A stretch of 64,000 nucleotides of DNA from Vicugna vicugna (lineage: Eukaryota). This document shows positions 50,790 through 63,384 of this stretch, in pieces. The position numbers were made by a program, and so were the translations under genes. The stretch lies in assembly GCA_013265495.1 (NCBI GenBank), contig MU058221.1, forward strand, positions 3,596,001 through 3,660,000, given 5' to 3'. The notes beneath the pieces are model-generated. The model was not told the origin of the DNA. It ran no database searches and saw only the letters and a list, made by a program, of their open reading frames with translations. The stretch's first letter is position 1, and every line of letters begins with the position of its first letter.

Positions 50790-51425
50790 AGAAGTCCCAC
50801 TCCTGGGTATGTATCTGAAAAAACAAAAACACTAATTCAAAATGACACATGCACCCTGTAGTTCACAGCAGCATTTTTTACAACTGCCAAGATATNNNNN
50901 NNNNNNNNNNNNNNNNNNNNNNNNNNNNNNNNNNNNNNNNNNNNNNNNNNNNNNNNNNNNNNNNNNNNNNNNNNNNNNNNNNNNNNNNNNNNNNNNNNNN
51001 NNNNNNNNNNNNNNNNNNNNNNNNNNNNNNNNNNNNNACAATGTGGATGGAATTGGAGGGTATTATGCTAGGTGAAATAAGTCAGACGAAGAAAGTCAAA
51101 CTGTATGATAGCACTTGTATGTGGAATCTAAAAAATACAAAATACTGGTGAATTTAACAAAAAAGAAGCAGACTCACAGGTACAGAGAACAAACTAGTGG
51201 TTCCCAGTGGGGAGAGAGAAGAACAGAAGGGCACTCTATGGGGAGGGAGTCAAGAGCTACAAACTGCTCTGTATAAAATAAGCTACAAGAATATGTTGAA
51301 CAACCCAGAGAATATTGCCAATATTTATAGTAACTATAGAGTGTGACCTTTAAAATTTTGAATCACTATCTTATACACCTGTAACTTCTGTGATACTGTC
51401 CATCAACTCTACTTCGATTAAAAGA
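50790..51425 (+). mobile_element. 5'-truncated LINE-1 (ORF2 end plus 3' UTR) spanning the assembly gap
   Basis: cccactcctgggtatgtatctg...gccaagatat[N]acaatgtggatggaattggagggtattatgctaggtgaaataagtcagac...aactctacttcgattaaaag. Confidence 0.88.
50896..51037. other. Assembly gap (142 N)
   Basis: Run of n read directly. Confidence 1.
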
Positions 51426-51639
51426 ATGAAACAAATAACTTTAAAAAGTGAAGTTCACCAGTCTGTGCTGCTCTGTTAGCATCACACTCTTAATAGTTCC
51501 ATCTCACATTTCAAAAAATGTAACCCGTTACAAAAGACGTGAAATCATATGCCATGGTTTCATTACATATTGTGGTTTGAGGTTAAGTATTGATTCATGT
51601 TTATTGGTCATCTCAGGACCTGCAAATACTGAGATACCA

Positions 51640-51995
51640 TCCAACTGGAGATACTGGGTAGACAGGTGCTATGAAAAGTCTAGAGGTCAGATGAAAGGCT
51701 TCAGGTAAAATTACAAATTTGGGGCTCGTAAGCCTATAGATGGTAAAGACATTTAAATAGATGATGTCATTTAGAAAATGAGAGTAGACAGAGACAATAC
51801 CGAGGACCTATTTGTAGACACTCCATGTTCAGAAGCAGAGAAGAGGAGAAACCAGTAAGACAGATTAACAAGCAGTGGGCAACGCGTTAGGAAGAAATCC
51901 ACGTCTGTGTGGTGTCCCAGAAGCCAACTGAAAAATGATTTGTGAAGTAGGTGGTAAAAGATGTGCCAAATGTGCAGTAAGATGAAGGCAAAAGG
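51640..51995 (-). mobile_element. L2 relic
   Basis: aaatttggggctcgtaagcctatagatggt...ggaagaaatccacgtctgtgtggtgtcccagaagccaactgaaaaa. Confidence 0.7.
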
Positions 51996-52674
51996 TGTTC
52001 TTCCTCCCACTCCTTTGAATGGCTTGATGTTTCTCCTTCCTAAGGGTAGGGTTTAGATATGGCATCCTCAATCCTATCTAAACAGAAACCACCTTAGTTT
52101 AGTGTTCTGCTTTTGTCCATCGTAGTAGTGATGAAATTTGTCACTCCTCCACTGATTTACTTGTTTTAAGTGCCTGCTTGCTTATAAGTTGCAAGAAGGA
52201 AAGGAATAACCCTATTTTGCTTCAGCGTCCTCCATAAAGCTTATGCTTCCCATAAAAGGTATTCTGTTGAAGAAATGAATTATTGACTATCATATTCATT
52301 ATGGATTTTTCAAGTTCTTCAAAATGTTCTTAGTATTGAATCAAATTGAATGTTTCTGCTATAGAAATAGGCGTTTTAAATTTCTTTTGATAAGGCACTT
52401 CTATTTCAATATCACAGCCAAAAATTGAGATGCTGCCTTCATTCTTAACAAAATCACCACTGAAGATTTTATCGCAGGGGCAGAAAGAAACCTGGAGTTG
52501 ACAACCCAGACATGGTAAAACAAGAGGCCAAACATTGTAGGAGAATTGCAGTTAGCACACATAGCCTTTTATCTGAATTTTATCAATGGCCAAGCCAAGG
52601 TTATGAGAATTTAAAGACCTTAGCCAAGGGCATTTACTAAGTGATAAGTTAAACGTTTGCATTAAAAAGTCTCT

Positions 52675-53035
52675 ACAGGAAAAATTTGTTTTTTTATTTT
52701 TTTTATCTATGTTTATATATTGCAGTTAACATTTGAAAATGTCAAACTCCCAAATTTATCCCTTTCCACCTCCTTTCCCCTGGTGACCATCAGATTGTTT
52801 ACTATGTCTGTGAGTCAGTTTCTGCTTTGTAGGTGAGTTGATTAGTGTCCTTTTTTTTTTTTCTTTTCTTTTTTTTTTCGATTTCACATATTGGTGATAT
52901 CACTATATTCAATATCTTGTCGTAACCTTTAAAAAGAATATAAAAATGAATATATGTATGCATATGTGTCACTGGGGCATTGTGCTGTGCACCAGAAATC
53001 GGCACATTGTAACTAACTCTACGTCAATTAAAAAA
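52675..53035 (+). mobile_element. 5'-inverted (twin-primed) L1 3' end, family A
   Basis: 52675-52902 is antisense 3' UTR; 52903-53035 is the sense terminus plus poly-A; TSD aaaaagtctct at 52664-52674 and 53036-53046. Confidence 0.88.
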
Positions 53036-53544
53036 AAAAAGTCTCTTATTCACCCTGTCCTCCGTTTCCCAACAACATAGCTGATCTGCCTGTTTGCAAA
53101 GAGGGAGTTCCCTCAGGCAGGTGGAAGACACGGTCTGCAGAGTATGGTGGCACAGGGCTGACCACATCCCAGGTGAGCACTTAGAGTGGGTGTAGCACAG
53201 AAAGGCCTGGAAATGCAGCTGAACAAAAGGGAATGCTTAGGTCCTGTTTAGATGTAGGCTGATAAACCAGGAAACAGCGCCTCAGATGCAGCCAGCCTCA
53301 GAGCAAGGGCAGGATTCCACTCCCTTTCGAACACAGTAGAAAGGAGGGGAATAAAAAAGGCATCTAAGACTCCCGTTTCTGGGACGGCAGCGGATTCAGA
53401 CAAGGAGCGGGGCAGGGATGAACTTTTCAAACAAAAATGGACCCAGCAATGTGAAAACTGGCACCAAAGCTCAGCGTCAGGAAAGGATCAGGCCTGTTTG
53501 GAGAGTGAGCCCTTCATCTTCAAGGCAGACCTCTTTAAAATCAG

Positions 53545-53790
53545 TAGAGCAGTTTAAAGAGCATGAGCTGTGGAGGTGGACTCTCAGGGTTGGAGCGTAG
53601 TGTTCCAGGTGTGCAGCCGTGGGCAAGTTCAAGTACTTAACTTCGTATCACTTCAGTTTCCTCATTTATGAAATGTGACTCATAAAAGTACCTACATCAT
53701 CGGTGTGTTAGGGAGATCGAATTAGTTAATTGGTATAATCCCCAGATGAGAACATGGGGTGTGTGTGCTGCGTAAGTACTGCTAAATAAA
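53545..53790 (+). mobile_element. MIR relic
   Basis: gtttaaagagcatgagctgtggag...gtgggcaagtt...cttcagtttcctcatttatgaaatg...aaaagtacctacatcat. Confidence 0.8.
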
Positions 53791-54344
53791 TTACATAAAT
53801 AAATCACCCAATCGTGCTGACGAGGGCAGAGATGATTTCACAGCTTAGATTTGAGTTTGAAGTTCAAAGCACCCTGGATGAGAGCTTTGATACAGGCTTA
53901 ACTCTACATTATAACTCAGCATTTTAGGATCCCCAGAGCAAGTTCATTGGTTTAAACAATTTGTAATTAAAAAAAAAAAAAAACGGTGTGTAGATATTTA
54001 ATGATACCCGCCTCAAAGAGTTATGTGATTATGAGCTCCACTTGGCTATCAAGACGCAGTGAAAGAGCCTCTAAGGATGTAAAATGTTTAATGAAGAGCC
54101 TTCCCAGAAGAACTCAAGTGGCTAAAAAGTCAGGGAAGAAGTCTCGTTTTGAGCCTAGGGGAGCGGAAGTGGCAAAGGCAGTTCCATTTACCGACGCTTA
54201 TGCTGTTACCTGCATTAAAAACTCACACGAGTTCTGAATATGAAGTCAGCGGGGACCGTGCGTTATGGAAAAGATAAATGGATACTGTGCCCAAGCATAA
54301 AGAGCTTGGATTACTTGAATAAGTAGGGAGTACAGAAAGCAACG

Positions 54345-54452
54345 TTTTATTGTCGTTTATTTATTTATTGTTTTATGGAGGCACCTGGGGGGGGGCGGTG
54401 TGCCCAGGACCTCATGCATGTGAAGCACACGCTCTACCACTGAGCCATACGT
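54345..54452 (-). mobile_element. tRNA-Ala-derived SINE (Vic-1 type), degenerate
   Basis: T-rich tail, then tggaggcac...cccaggacctcatgcatgtgaagcacacgctctaccactgagccatac. Confidence 0.85.
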
Positions 54453-55129
54453 GTCCTGCCCAGCCAAGGAGGCAACATTTTAAACTGAAACTGGTCCTTA
54501 TTTGATGGAGGCATGCTGCATACGCGGGAAGTAAATGAACAGATTGCCGAATTTTCCATAAAAGGAGGAGGAGTAAGTGTCCATGTTAGCATGAGAATGT
54601 GTCTGATTACAAGGCTAACCATCCGTGCCAGAGTAGCACCTATGCTTGGATGAAGGGTAACTATGTCAAATTAAACTCCACACAGAACTCACAGAGAGGG
54701 CTTTTAGTGCACCCATCAGATAGTCTATGTTTTCTTGAATTTATGCTCTCATTGCCGCAAACCTCCTTCTGATCTGATTATTCAGCTCCCAGGCTGGCTG
54801 GCTGATTCAGTGCGTATTTATACGGCTTGGCTCAAACTAACTTTATGCCCGTAGCTTACATTTTTCCTGGAGAAATTACCCCAGCCCAGAGGCGGTTTAA
54901 CACTTTCCTTCTAAATTCCAGGCACAGACAGAGAGGTGTCATTGTCCTAAAGTTCACATTTTCTACCCTTTGGTATTTCGGAGAGTTTTGATATGTCTGA
55001 CCTGTGCTGTGCTATGACCTCGGCTGGAGAGAAATATGGTAACAGGGCAGGATGATTAAGAGGAGAAATCAAATGGGGTTCTAATAGTAAATCCAGTTGA
55101 AATGCAGTTTTGAGGACTCATTCCCCTAC

Positions 55130-56275
55130 TTCACACTCTACCCCAAAACCATTTGGCCTATAGACCTACAGGTAAAAACAATTAACAACTCTAGAAGGGG
55201 AGAAAAAAAAAAAAGGAGTTGATTTGACGATTTGGGGATTCGGAACACAACAGGACACAAAATCGGTAGCCGTAAGGAAAAGATGGATGAATTGGAGTTA
55301 ATTCATTCTTGTGTTCATCAAAATGTATCATTAGGAGGGAGAAAAGGAAAGCCATGTAAAGGTCTTTACAATACGTATGTCTAATAAAGGCTTATATGCA
55401 TAATATGAGTCCTACTCTTATTACTCACTAAGAAAAAAATAAATAAAATATTGGTAAAAGCATGGACAGGCACTCCATCAAAGAGGATATCCAAGTGGCC
55501 AGTTAATACATGAAAAGGCACTTAACTTTATTTGTCATCAGAAGATTGAGTAAAATCACAGTATGACTCCACCTTATATCCATCTAAATAACTAAAATAT
55601 CAATGAAAAAGAGACACTCTGAAGTGGAGTCAAGAGCAAAGATTTGAAACAACTGGACTTCTCCTATACTGTCTGAGGGAGTAGTAATTGATATGTACAC
55701 TATGTAAAATTGTTGGGTAGTGTCTGGTATGGCTGAATATCCCAGCTCTTCTAGTCCGAGGAACAGTCCTTACAGAAATGCATATGTATGTTTATCAAAA
55801 AAAAAACCCACAAAAACAAACATGTACAAGAATGTGCAGAGTAGTATTAATCACAACTTTCCAAGTACACATCATGAGTAACATGAACACATGTATGGCG
55901 GTATAGTCACAAAGAAATACTCCACAATAACGAAACGAATAAACTACTTCAGTGAACATGATGGCATTTCACAAGTGTTGAGCAAAAGAAGATGGACACG
56001 AAAGTCTTCATGTTTCATGACATCATTTATAGGACGTCCCAAGGCAGGCGAAAGTAATTTAAATGCCTGAGGTCAGATTAGTGGTTTCCTTTGGTGAGAC
56101 AGAGAAACTGGGGGCCGGGGTGGGGCGGGGGCTGGTAGTGTTCGATTCATTGATCTGTTCTTTGATCTGGGAAATGGTTAACATGTGTTGTTCACTTTAT
56201 GAAAATTAACTGAGATTTACACTTAAAAGTGTCCATTTTTTTATATGTAGTCTATATTTTAATAGAGAAAAAAAT
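55130..56275 (+). mobile_element. Old L1ME/L1MD-type ORF2 end plus 3' UTR
   Basis: aaagaggatatccaagtggccagttaatacatgaaaaggcacttaac...gaggtcagattagtggtttcctttgg...cactttatgaaaattaactgagatttacactt. Confidence 0.75.
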
Positions 56276-56607
56276 GACCCTAAAGGCATAAATCATGAAT
56301 TAATAATTGTTCAAAAGGATGAGGGGTGTTTATCTAGCCTTATAAATTTAAGCCAATCTCCTTCTGTAACTTCACCGGTTGGCCTTGGCCATTCAGGTGG
56401 AATTGAATATCTTGGTCAACTGCACTTACACTGTCCATCCGTGGTCAGTTAATTAATTGATCAGTCACAGAAGTAATCTAACTCAACCGTGAGCCATGTG
56501 TTGTAAGTCAAGGTATTTCATATCTTTTAGACCTCATCTTTTGTGTCTGTACAATGAAAGTGTGGATCAGAAAACAGCAGTTTGATATAAGGAGAATATA
56601 ATGCATA

Positions 56608-57121
56608 TGCTACTGAGTTCATACTCCTTCTGCTTGCTGCGAGGCAGGCCGATGACTTGGAGACAAGGTGTTGGGGCAAGGAATGACTTTACTCAGAAAA
56701 CCAGCAGACCAAGAAGATGGTAGCCTGATGTCCTGGGTAACCATCTTACCCAAGTCAGAATTTAGGCTCCTTTTATACTAAAAAGGGGAGGAGGTGTGGT
56801 TGGCTGTTGCAAACTTCTTTGTGTCATAATCCTTTGTTCTTGCAGCTGTGCACGTGGGTCAGGTCATGATGTTCCTGTAAATCTCCAACCAGACGAATGT
56901 TTTTTGTTTTTCAACTTTTTATCTTTATAGAAATGGAAAAGTATTATATCCTTCAAAGGTCAGAGCCTTGAGAATGGGCTGTCCTGTATATTTTAAGGTA
57001 TTGGCAACATCCTTTTACTAAAGGTGTGGAACCAGCATGACCCAGCACAGGAAACAGAGCACAGGGTTAGAGCTAAAGCAACAGACCTAATATGGAGTCA
57101 GACTTGTTCTTCCCTATTACA
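56608..57121 (-). mobile_element. ERV1 solo LTR (copy 3 of 3), 514 bp
   Basis: TG...CA termini; colinear with 43553-44070. No clean TSD seen. Confidence 0.88.
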
Positions 57122-60100
57122 GAATCAGCATTTCTGCCAATAAATTTAGGTCTGCATCTTTACATAGTTGTAAAAATTATGTAAATTTCCAGTGTCTCAC
57201 TTTCTCCATCTGTAGCAAGAGGTTAGTAATGCTTGTTCAACAGATTTTTGGGGGTGGGAGGTGGTGAAGAAAGTACAGTCACTACAGCTGACAAGACACC
57301 CGATGCCCACTATGTCTTTTTTGCTCAGTTTCTTTCTTTCTTACTTTATATAAGAAAGCGTGTTCATGGTTGAGAAATACAAATCAAAGAGATTTGGCTT
57401 TGGCCAAAGGGAAATTTGGCTGAGAAGAGATGATGTTCATTGTTTAAATGCATGCTGGGATACAGGCTGAACCATTCAGCCGAGGGTTCTGGTGGATCTG
57501 GGAAAGTCTTAAGGGACCAAACCCAGTAATGCAGGTAATGTAACACACCTCAAAGAATTAAAGGTGGGCCCAGTTGACATTAAGGAATGTAACTGTAGAG
57601 AAGGATAAAACTAAGAGCTACATAATTTGTTTTCATCTATTTCAAATACATTGTTGGAATAATCTGGGGTTTTTTAAGTGAATAAATGAACGCATCAATA
57701 GATACATTTTTACCCCTTTAATTTTTTATTTAAAGCCAATTTCATTTTGATTCTTGCTCCATCAACTAATAATCTATAGCAGGAAATCAATAAAAAATTA
57801 ATTGTTTGGACCCTGAGGCTAAATCATACTAGGTCACCACACTAATTCTGCTGGAGGAGCAGTTGTAGGTGGATATCACAGACCACAGGGATGAAGGTTT
57901 ATTGATGCAGACTTAAGTTCTGATTGCAGAGTGCTCACATATAAAACTTACAGTATCTGCTAAAGATGATCTAGGTTTATCCTTGGGACAAGAATTTATA
58001 CAAGCACATGTTATCTAGTCAACTGAGAAAAGACATAGACAAACCTGGACACACAGAAAATGTGCCATATAATGTCGGATTTCCAAGAACATCTACATCT
58101 AGAGATGGTCAACTCTTCTATGCTGTTTCCATCTTCTAGGGAGGCCAAATATGAACTTGGACTGAAAAAGCGGGCAAAAGCTTTTAAAATTACATCACGA
58201 AGTAGAGCTTTAAGAAAGAAATGGGGTGGAGGGGGAGGATGGATGAGATTGGTAGCAAAAGCCATAGGAATCAACAGTAAATACAGAAGTGAGGAAATTA
58301 TACAGTGAGAAAAAACATGAGTATTGGTCCCCACCTGAATAGGACCTACATTCTAATGAAATCACAGATTATTTATAATCAATCAATAATATTTTATTGT
58401 TACTAATTAAAACATCAGTAGGAACTCAAAAACTGCCTTAAATTTAGCTACATATATACTTGTTTTTATCAGAATCCCTCAGCTCAAAAACTCTCTCCAT
58501 TGGAGGCATGGATAACCATATGTCTCCTTTGGTATGCATGTAAGAGAGTGGGAATTTGTCATGTCTGGCAATAAACTAACGAAACTTTAGAAATGGTGAG
58601 ACCATAGAAATGGCAAAATCCAACACAGTTCACTTATATAAAGGACTCCAATGTCAAAAATATTTGAAGTTTCACCTAGAGTCATGTAATGAGAGACAGT
58701 ACTTGGTCGACACTCAGTCATACTAAATTCCTTACCAAGATTTATTTTCTGAAATCAACAGTCCATGTGTAACTTACCAGAAAATAGTAGCTAATAGATT
58801 TGGACAAATCAAATAAGGGTGGACTCTATTTTGTGCTCTTTCTTCCTTACATTATACTTTTGATGCTTAAGAAGATCAACATATATCCAAATTACATTAG
58901 TATGAAAAATGGTTGACGGTGAATCACTTTATCCATTCATACTTCTTCCTTTGTTTGATTCATGAATATGTACATATATACATAATCTAAGCATTTCATA
59001 ATAGGTTCTTAACCCTTGGAGTTCATTTAACAAAAAACAAAATTTGTTGAAAATGTGAAAGTGCTGATGCTTCTGGGAGATTAATGTAATTAGTGTACAC
59101 CATGTAGCGGTAATTAGTCTGGGCTGACAAGAGAAATATAAAATTTAAAAGATCTTTTCTAATGACCAAAAAATGTTTTAAAGCAAAAAGAACAAACCCT
59201 GTATTTCAAAACCTTTGTTTTATCTTCTATCTCTAATTTAATAAAGGAAGCACAACTATAATTCAAGGGGCACTCTCACTAAGTTGTTTATTTTTGTCTT
59301 TAAAAAGAACATACTCATGTCAAGTAAGATCATTTTTAATGACCTAAAGCTGGAAGTAAATACAGGATGAATCTCATCTTAACTTATTGAGGAGATAGAC
59401 CATTTATAAATTTTCTAAATTAAAATTTGATCTTAGGGAATTTAATTTTTGATGCAGATATTTACAATTTATTAGTGACTTTGACATTTTAATTTTAATG
59501 TGACCAAAAAAAAAATACTTACTTAGAGGACAAAATCCAAGTCTAGACGATTTCCCTAGAGCAATCTAATCTAAGAGAATTATGGTTTTTTTAATGGTAG
59601 ATTAAACTCACATACATCTAAGCTAAAAACTAATGTTAACAAAATGTTGTAAACCTCCAGCCTTAGAATTCTACTTCTGCAACCATTTCAGACTTTAAAA
59701 TCAAAAGTAGCACACACACGGAGATGCAACATTATGTAACTATTATAAAACAATGGTCTAAATTGATTACTTCATACGATTGACTCTCAACAGTCATTTC
59801 AGATGGTTAATCTACTCTCATCCTTAATGTTAGTCTACCCTCCCTGTGTCTTTCCTCCCTATCCATGCTCCCCATAAAGAAGATATCAGCTGTATTTTGT
59901 ACTCTGAGTCGATTTTGGCTCCTAATGTAATATTTGGGAAATTAACCAAAATGATTTACCACAACTGAGGTTGGTGACTGAGGACCCTGAAAACCAAGCA
60001 GCCTTCTGCTAGCATCCATTCTCATCAAGGAGTAAGATATGTGACAGATATTTTCACACTATTTTTCACCTATTTTTGCAATAATTCCCACTGCATGCTT

Positions 60101-60219
60101 TCTGATGTATTTTGAACTCCAAGGACCAAAAAAAAAAAAAAAGATGCTTATCTGGGAAGCAAGAGGAGACTCAGTTTGCTGAAGCTCAATCAGTTGGATA
60201 AGTGTGTTTAGGATTCCAT

Positions 60220-60385
60220 GTACCAGACTGAGTGATAGTTTCCCAAATATGCCCATATCTTAATCACTGGAACCTATGAATGTTACTTTATGTGGCAAGA
60301 GGGACTTTGCAGATGTGTTTATGTTAAAGATCTTGAGATGGGAGAGATTTTCCTATACTTCTTAATATAATAATAGGGTCCTTAG
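60220..60385 (+). mobile_element. MLT1D-like MaLR LTR 5' fragment
   Basis: ggaacctatgaatgttactttatgtggcaagagggactttgcagatgtgtttatgttaaagatcttgagatgggagagatt. Confidence 0.8.
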
Positions 60386-60419
60386 AAAGTGAATGATGGC
60401 CATTCTGACTGGTGTGACT

Positions 60420-60550
60420 TTTAAAATTGTGGTCTCAATCTCCAGCGTGCATCAACATTACCCAAGAGCTTCTAAAAACCTTGGACACCGAGTGAGTGCA
60501 GAGATCTGGACGTTTAACCATTGCCCACAAGTGACTCTGTTGTAGGGGGT
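60420..60550. mobile_element. MER5A-like hAT relic
   Basis: gtggtctcaatctccagcgtgcatcaacattacccaagagcttctaaaaac resembles the MER5A start. Confidence 0.55.
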
Positions 60551-60639
60551 CTCTCTTTGTTCTAAGAAGTGAACGTCCCAAGGCCTGCAGGGTACCGCAT
60601 GGTCATATTTAAATTTATAAAGTGGCCCACATGAGTTTG

Positions 60640-60945
60640 GATAATAATACCTAAACTTACATAAAACACATTCTATTCTAAACATTGTTCTAAGTGCATT
60701 GCATGTTAAACCATGTTTTTTTTTTAAACAGAGTGTGTTAAATTTTATATTCATATTGCATGTTAACTTTGCATGTTAAATCTCACAAACATGTCATGGA
60801 TTAAATTCTATTTTTTTTCCTATTATAGGGAAATGGTTACCAAGATTTTAAGAAGTTATATAACTTATCTGCAGTCACATGGCTAGTTTCAGTTGAAATT
60901 TGATGCCAGGCAAGCTGGATCTGAAGACTATGCTCTTACTGTCAC
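60640..60945 (-). mobile_element. MIR relic with internal ttgcatgttaa repeats
   Basis: ataataatacctaaac...attgttctaagtgcattgcatg...gttatataacttatctgcagtcacatggctagt. Confidence 0.7.
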
Positions 60946-62059
60946 CTCATACTGTCAACGTCATGCTAATCACTCAGCCTAGTTAGATGAACCTTGACTC
61001 TAATCAGCCTAGATATTCTGTCCCACATACACCAAGTGGCTACTTATCTTCCAGTATCTCTTCAGAAATAGCCTCCAAATCCTTGCGACTTTTCACTCTG
61101 TGTATTCCTGTGATTAATTATTTCTGCGCAGACAGGGAGGACCATGGAACTCTACCGTGGCTGGTATGTTACCCCTGCAGTTACATCTACGCCCCTGGGG
61201 TGGGTCAGGGCATCTTCCCAGCTTGTAGGGGATAACGCTATGGTGAGAGGTTTATTTAAGTTGCGCTCTCTGTGACTGACCCTGAAACTAAAATTTGGTC
61301 GTATTTTCTGGGCTAACTGTCATTTGGTGGAGATAGATAGAAAAAAATCCATCTAGGGTGGGAAGTGGCAAACTCAGGTAAGAGTGATGTGATTCCAGGC
61401 AGAAGGTGCAAGGTAAATTCAGAGTCAATAAAAGTGACCAAGTGTTTCACCAAGACATTAAGAATATCTAAAGTATAATCTCCAAAGCAGAGAAGATAAA
61501 CATTTGAGATTAAAATAGAAGTTAAAAAAAAAAGTTAAATAAGGGTAAATGTATGATAGTTGCTGAAATACACTGATTTTTTTCATGCCCTTAAAAAGTA
61601 AAGTTAGAGAGGAAAAGGTCTAATTTGTGCCCACATCAGTCAAAGGGTATGACAGAAAACCAAAGCAGTCACTTTCCCAATATTACTGCCTTCATATTTA
61701 TGATAGCACAAGCCATTTATCATGAATTTCAGTGCTGTTCAAGACACTGGATCACATTTATTAAAGAGTTTGCTATCATATTGCCTAAAGTAAATCTGTG
61801 GTTCTTAAACAGAAAATATTCCCAGAGAAAGATAAAAATATGTGAGCGGCGCATTACTCTCTATCAAGGTTGTTTATCAAATCTTAATAAAATTGAGAAA
61901 AAAATCACATTGCAGATGAGCATATGGTCTCGTCGTTTAAGGGATTACATGAGCGAATAATGACATTTCCATGATCGTCGATAAATCAGGGACTATATAA
62001 TTAAATTGAATATATTTAAACTCTGACAAACCTTCGCGACCTTTTGACTTTTATTCAGA

Positions 62060-62460
62060 CTAGGACACTGTGGATCCTGAAATGGGGTAATTATTTTGGC
62101 AGGCCGAAGAGGCCGTGATAGGGAATTTGGAGGATTGGTAGGCACGTGATCGGACTACAGATGTGCGTAACAGAACGGTGCCACTAGGAGGTGGCTGGAA
62201 GGGACCTGGCTGCAGATCATGGAAAGACGTTGAAGCCTGATTCCCAGAGATTAAGGCAACCGGTAATAGTTGGCGTCTATAGCCAAGGAGTTAACATAAG
62301 GAAGGACCACAGGGTAGAGTGGAGTGCAGGAGGAGGGTCTACAATTAATGTAAATCGGACAGAATGAAAATGAGGATGAGGAAGACAGTCGACCTCAGGG
62401 ATGCTGGACAACGTTGGGGATATTCTGGCTGGGATCCCACAGAAAAATGTAGAGACAGGT
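62060..62460 (-). mobile_element. L2 relic
   Basis: gggacctggctgcagatcatggaaagacgttgaagcc...aaggcaaccggtaatagttggcgtctatagcc. Confidence 0.5.
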
Positions 62461-63336
62461 TAGATTAACACCTCCCCGGCCTGCTATGATATCTCACGTG
62501 TCATTGGTCCTTCATAACGTGAAGCGTGGACAAAAGGTTTCTTCTCGAGCTGCTTTGTTTGGATGGATTTGGCTGGTCAAAATGGCTAATCTGTTTAGTG
62601 GATCGAGAAAAAAAATTGTCCACAGGCACAGTGTCTCCGTGGTAGAATCGTGTTTACTGTCTAGGAAGCTTTTTCTAGGACTCGTGGTCATAGCTTTTTC
62701 CTCGTTCTTAACCAAAAAACTAGAACAACACAAAGTGAGGAGGAGGCCTTGTCTTACAGGTTTGCTCTCTTTTTGTCTTTGTTTTTGTTTTCTTTGTCAG
62801 TGTTTTGAGGAGGCCGTTTCCTCAGCATCACACTGGCGTAGTTTATAAGGTTTCTGAAGGACCAGAAAACAGCAAAACCAGTGCAAAGCAAAACACTGGT
62901 GGTCTGTTAAACAGTTGGTTTAGTTACATGGCCAATTTTTCTGCTCGTTTCATTCAGGAGAGATAAGTGTTTCAAGTTAACCAATTAATGAGGATGAAGG
63001 AAAACAGAAGTTGGTCTAAAGGTCAACTCAAATTGAAGTCTGACCATATCTGCAAATGTACAGTCGTGTGTGGTAGGACTGGGTGTCTGATAATTGGTGA
63101 AAACCTGCAATTTTGAGAGCCCTTCCTGCTGCTGTTTTGTTCTGATAGATCTTGACAGACAGCTCTTTTGTGCCAGCTTTTCCAGTGTCACTTGAGGATG
63201 CTCTGAGATCTGTGAACGTGAATAAGTTATCCCAGGAGAAGAAATATAAATGAGCAATAAGTGGGTCAAAGGGTTTATAACAGTTCTATATGATCAGAGA
63301 GAGAAAGAAAGAGAGAGAGCGATAAAGAAAGAAAAA

Positions 63337-63384
63337 GGAAGGAAGGAAGGAAGGAAGGAAGGAAGGAAGGAAGGAAGGAAGGAA
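63337..63384. repeat. (GGAA)12 microsatellite within a purine tract at 63295-63390
   Basis: Read directly; 12 uninterrupted units. Confidence 0.97.

Noticed and set aside
50832-51151. ORFs containing X runs
   Set aside because: Artefacts of translating through the N gap inside an L1.
43553-57121. LTR copies 2 and 3 as the two ends of one provirus
   Set aside because: The intervening 12.5 kb contains ancient MIR, L2 and L1M relics and no gag/pol/env. Copy 2 has its own TSD.
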